NCBI GenBank assembly: GCA_030390025.1
Contig: CM059432.1
Location: 114,144,001-114,208,000, forward strand
Source: Squalus acanthias
Taxonomy: Eukaryota
Length of the DNA stretch: 64,000 nt
Reading direction: 5' to 3'
The first letter of the stretch is position 1. Every line of letters starts with the position of its first letter. Under the pieces are notes generated by a model, which was given only the letters and a program-made list of their open reading frames with translations, searched no databases and was not told where the DNA came from. Below are positions 61,195-64,000 of this stretch, one piece after another. The position numbers were made by a program, and so were the translations under genes.

Positions 61195-63345
61195 GAAGTC
61201 CCGTCTTCACACTGAGGACACCCTGCATCGTGTTGTGTGGCACTACCACCGTGTATTCCACTACAATCTGTAAACTCATGGCCCGGCATATCCCTCACTC
61301 TACCATTACCATCAAGCCAGGGCACCAACCCTGGTTCAATGAGGAGTGTAGAAGAGCATGCCAAGAGCAGCACCAGGCGTACCTAAAAATGAGGTGCAAA
61401 CCTGGGGCAGCTGCAACACAGGACTACATACATGCTAAAAAGCAGAAGCAGCATGCTATAGACAGAGCTAAGAGATTCCACAATCAACAGATCAGATCAA
61501 AGCTCTGCAGTCCTGCCACATCCAGTCGTGAATGGTGGTGGACCATTAAACAACTAACGGGAGGAGGAAGCTCCATGAATATCCCCATCCTCAATGATGG
61601 TGGAACCCAGCACGTGAGTGCAAAAGACAAAGCTGAAGCGTTTGCAACCATCTTCAGCCAGAAGTTCCGAGTGGATGATCCATATCGGCCTCCTCCTGGG
61701 GACCCCACCACCACAGAAGCCAGTCTTCAGCCAATTCGATTTGCTCCACGTGATATCAAGAAACGGCTGAGTGCACTGGATACAGCAAAGGCTGTGGCCC
61801 CGACAACATCCTGACTATTGTGCTGAAGACTTGTGCTCCAGAACTAGCCGCACCTCTAGCCAAGCTGTTCCAGTACAGCTACAATACTGGTATCTATCCG
61901 ACAATGTGGAAAACTGCCCAGGTATGTTCTATCCACAAAAAGCAGGATCAATCCAATCCGGCCAATTACCGCCCCATCAGTCTACTTTCAATCATCAGCA
62001 AAGTGATGGAAGTTGTCATCGAGAGTGCTATCAAGCAGCACTTACTCACCAATAACCTGCTCACTGATGCCCAATTTGGGTTCTGTCAGGACCACTTGGC
62101 TCCAGACCTCATTACAGCCTCAGTCCAAACATGGACAAAAGAGCTCAATTCCAGAGGTGAGGTGAGAGTGGCTACCCTTGACATCAAGGCGGCATCAAGG
62201 AGCCCTAGTAAAACTGAAGTCAATGGGAATCGGGGGGGGGGGCGGGGTGGGGGGAGAAACTCTCCACTGGCTGGAGTCATACCTAGCACAAAGGAAGATG
62301 GTTGTGGTGGTTGGAGGTCAATCATCACAGCCCCAGGACATCGCTGCAGGAGTTCCTCAGGGCAGTGTCCTAGGCCCAACCATCTTCAGCTGCTTCAACA
62401 ATGACCTTCCCTCCAACATAAGGTCAGAAGTGGGGATGTTCGCTGATGACTGCGCAGTGTTTAGTGGCATTCGCAACTCCTCAGATAATGAAGCAGTCCA
62501 TGCCCGAATGCAGCAAGACCTGAACGACATTCTGGCTTGGGCTGAGAAGTGGCAAGTAACATTCGCGCCACACAAGTGCCAGGCAATGACTATCTCCAAC
62601 AAGCGAGTGTCTAACCACCGCCCCTTGACATTCAATGGCATTAACATTGCCGAATCCCCCATCATCAATATCCTGGGGGGTCACCATTGACCAGAAACTT
62701 AACTGGACCAGCCACATAAATACTGTGGCAACAAGAGCAGGTCAGAGGCTGGGTATTCTGCGGTGAGTGTCTCACCTCCTGACTCCCCAAAGCCTTTCCA
62801 CCATCTACAAGTCACAAGTCAGGATTTTGATGGAATACTCTCCATTTGCCTGGATGAGTGCAGCTCCAACAACACTCAAGAAGCTCTACACGATCCAAGA
62901 CAAAGCAGCCCGCTTGATTGGCACCCCATCCACCACCTTAAACATTCACTCCCTCCACCACCGGCGTACCGTGGCTGCAGTGTCTCCCATCTACAAGATG
63001 CACTGCAGCAACTCGCCAAGGCTTCTTCGGCAGCACCTCCCAAACCTGCGACCTCTGCCACCTAGAAGGACAAGGGCAGCAGGCGCATGGGAGCACCACC
63101 ATCTCCAAGTTCCCCTCCAAGTCACACACCATCCTGACTTAGAAGTATATCGCCGTTCCTTCATCGTCGCTGGGTCAAAATCCTGGAACTCCCTATCTAA
63201 CAGCACTGTGGGAGTACCTTCACCACACGGACTGCAGCGGTTCAAGAAGGCAGCTCACCACCACCTTCTCAAGGGCAATTACGGATGGGCAATAAATGCT
63301 GGCCTTGCCCGCGACGCCCACATCCCATGAATGAATAAAAATAAA
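61195..63345 (+). mobile_element. 5'-truncated copy of the tRNA-headed LINE family
   Basis: [38 protein letters not shown]; same 3' end with gaataaaaataaaa tail. Confidence 0.93.
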
Positions 63346-64000
63346 ATGTCACCCCCATAATATCTTAAAAAGTTGCATTAGAAAATGGCCCTTTCCTTGC
63401 TTGGGATATACTACAACTTAGGTGCACATTGCATTGATAAAATTAATTTTAAAATAGCCTTGATCCTTTCGTGCCCATCAAAATTCATTGCAATGAAAAT
63501 CTTTGTTCCTTTCAGTCTTCAAAGACAGCTCTTTCATGTCTCTTGCAAGACTAACTAAATACCAACTCTTACCTTTGATGGCTTCACAATCTGCTTTCTT
63601 TATCTATCAATATACTTGGCCTCACTATCTCCTCTGATCTCAAAAGAAGCTCTCAAATTCCTTGACTGCTAAAGCTGTTTCCAAGAACATAGTTTCCTCT
63701 TTATGCCAAACATTTCTCTTCCTCTCAACAACACTTAACTCTTTATAAAGCCTAACTTTGTTCATGATTTCATACCTAGCAACTTACAGTCTTGGATAAG
63801 GAACTAGAAATCAAGATGTACTGAAATCAGATGTATTCCGACTCATAAATTCCTCGGACCTCAAAGCTGTGGAACTTCCCCAAGTCTTTTCTTCCTTGTA
63901 CAAACTGAAGGGGTTTTAAAATGCAATTTTAGCATCAGTTAATCACCACGTCCCGATTTATCTCATTTCCTTTTTATCCTTTTTAACCTTCCACTATAAG

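Noticed and set aside
63569..63680. Possible upstream RIMS2 exon ending at a GTAAG donor (minus strand)
   Set aside because: No RIM2-like translation. I found no alpha/beta-specific exon between 16813 and 64000, though a short exon could be missed by eye.

Overview
Vertebrate intronic DNA, most likely from a cartilaginous fish (inferred from the repeat types: CR1/HER1-like LINEs, a Deu-domain SINE, abundant Penelope and Harbinger elements). The only host gene I can support is RIMS2 on the minus strand. It contributes two exons: the RIM2-gamma-specific first coding exon (16674-16812) and the next shared exon (320-461), which splice in frame. The rest is intron filled with mobile elements: canonical CR1 LINEs (one with an SGNH-esterase ORF1), L2 and RTE fragments, a Penelope-like element with inverted pLTRs carrying minimal hammerhead ribozymes, SINEs and a 37-bp minisatellite. 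PIF/Harbinger transposons are well represented: one full-length two-gene copy (intron-containing Myb/SANT gene plus DDE transposase, TIRs, 3-bp TSD), several decayed relatives and MITEs. The most unusual observation is a compact ~3.2-kb CR1-group LINE family (near-complete copy at 8347-11535). It has no ORF1, starts with a tRNA-derived A-box/B-box head, and almost lacks TTTT runs on its sense strand. This makes it a candidate autonomous, RNA-polymerase-III-transcribed LINE, a hypothesis that needs family-wide testing. Repeat boundaries without TSD/TIR support are approximate, and family names come from motif recognition, not database searches.
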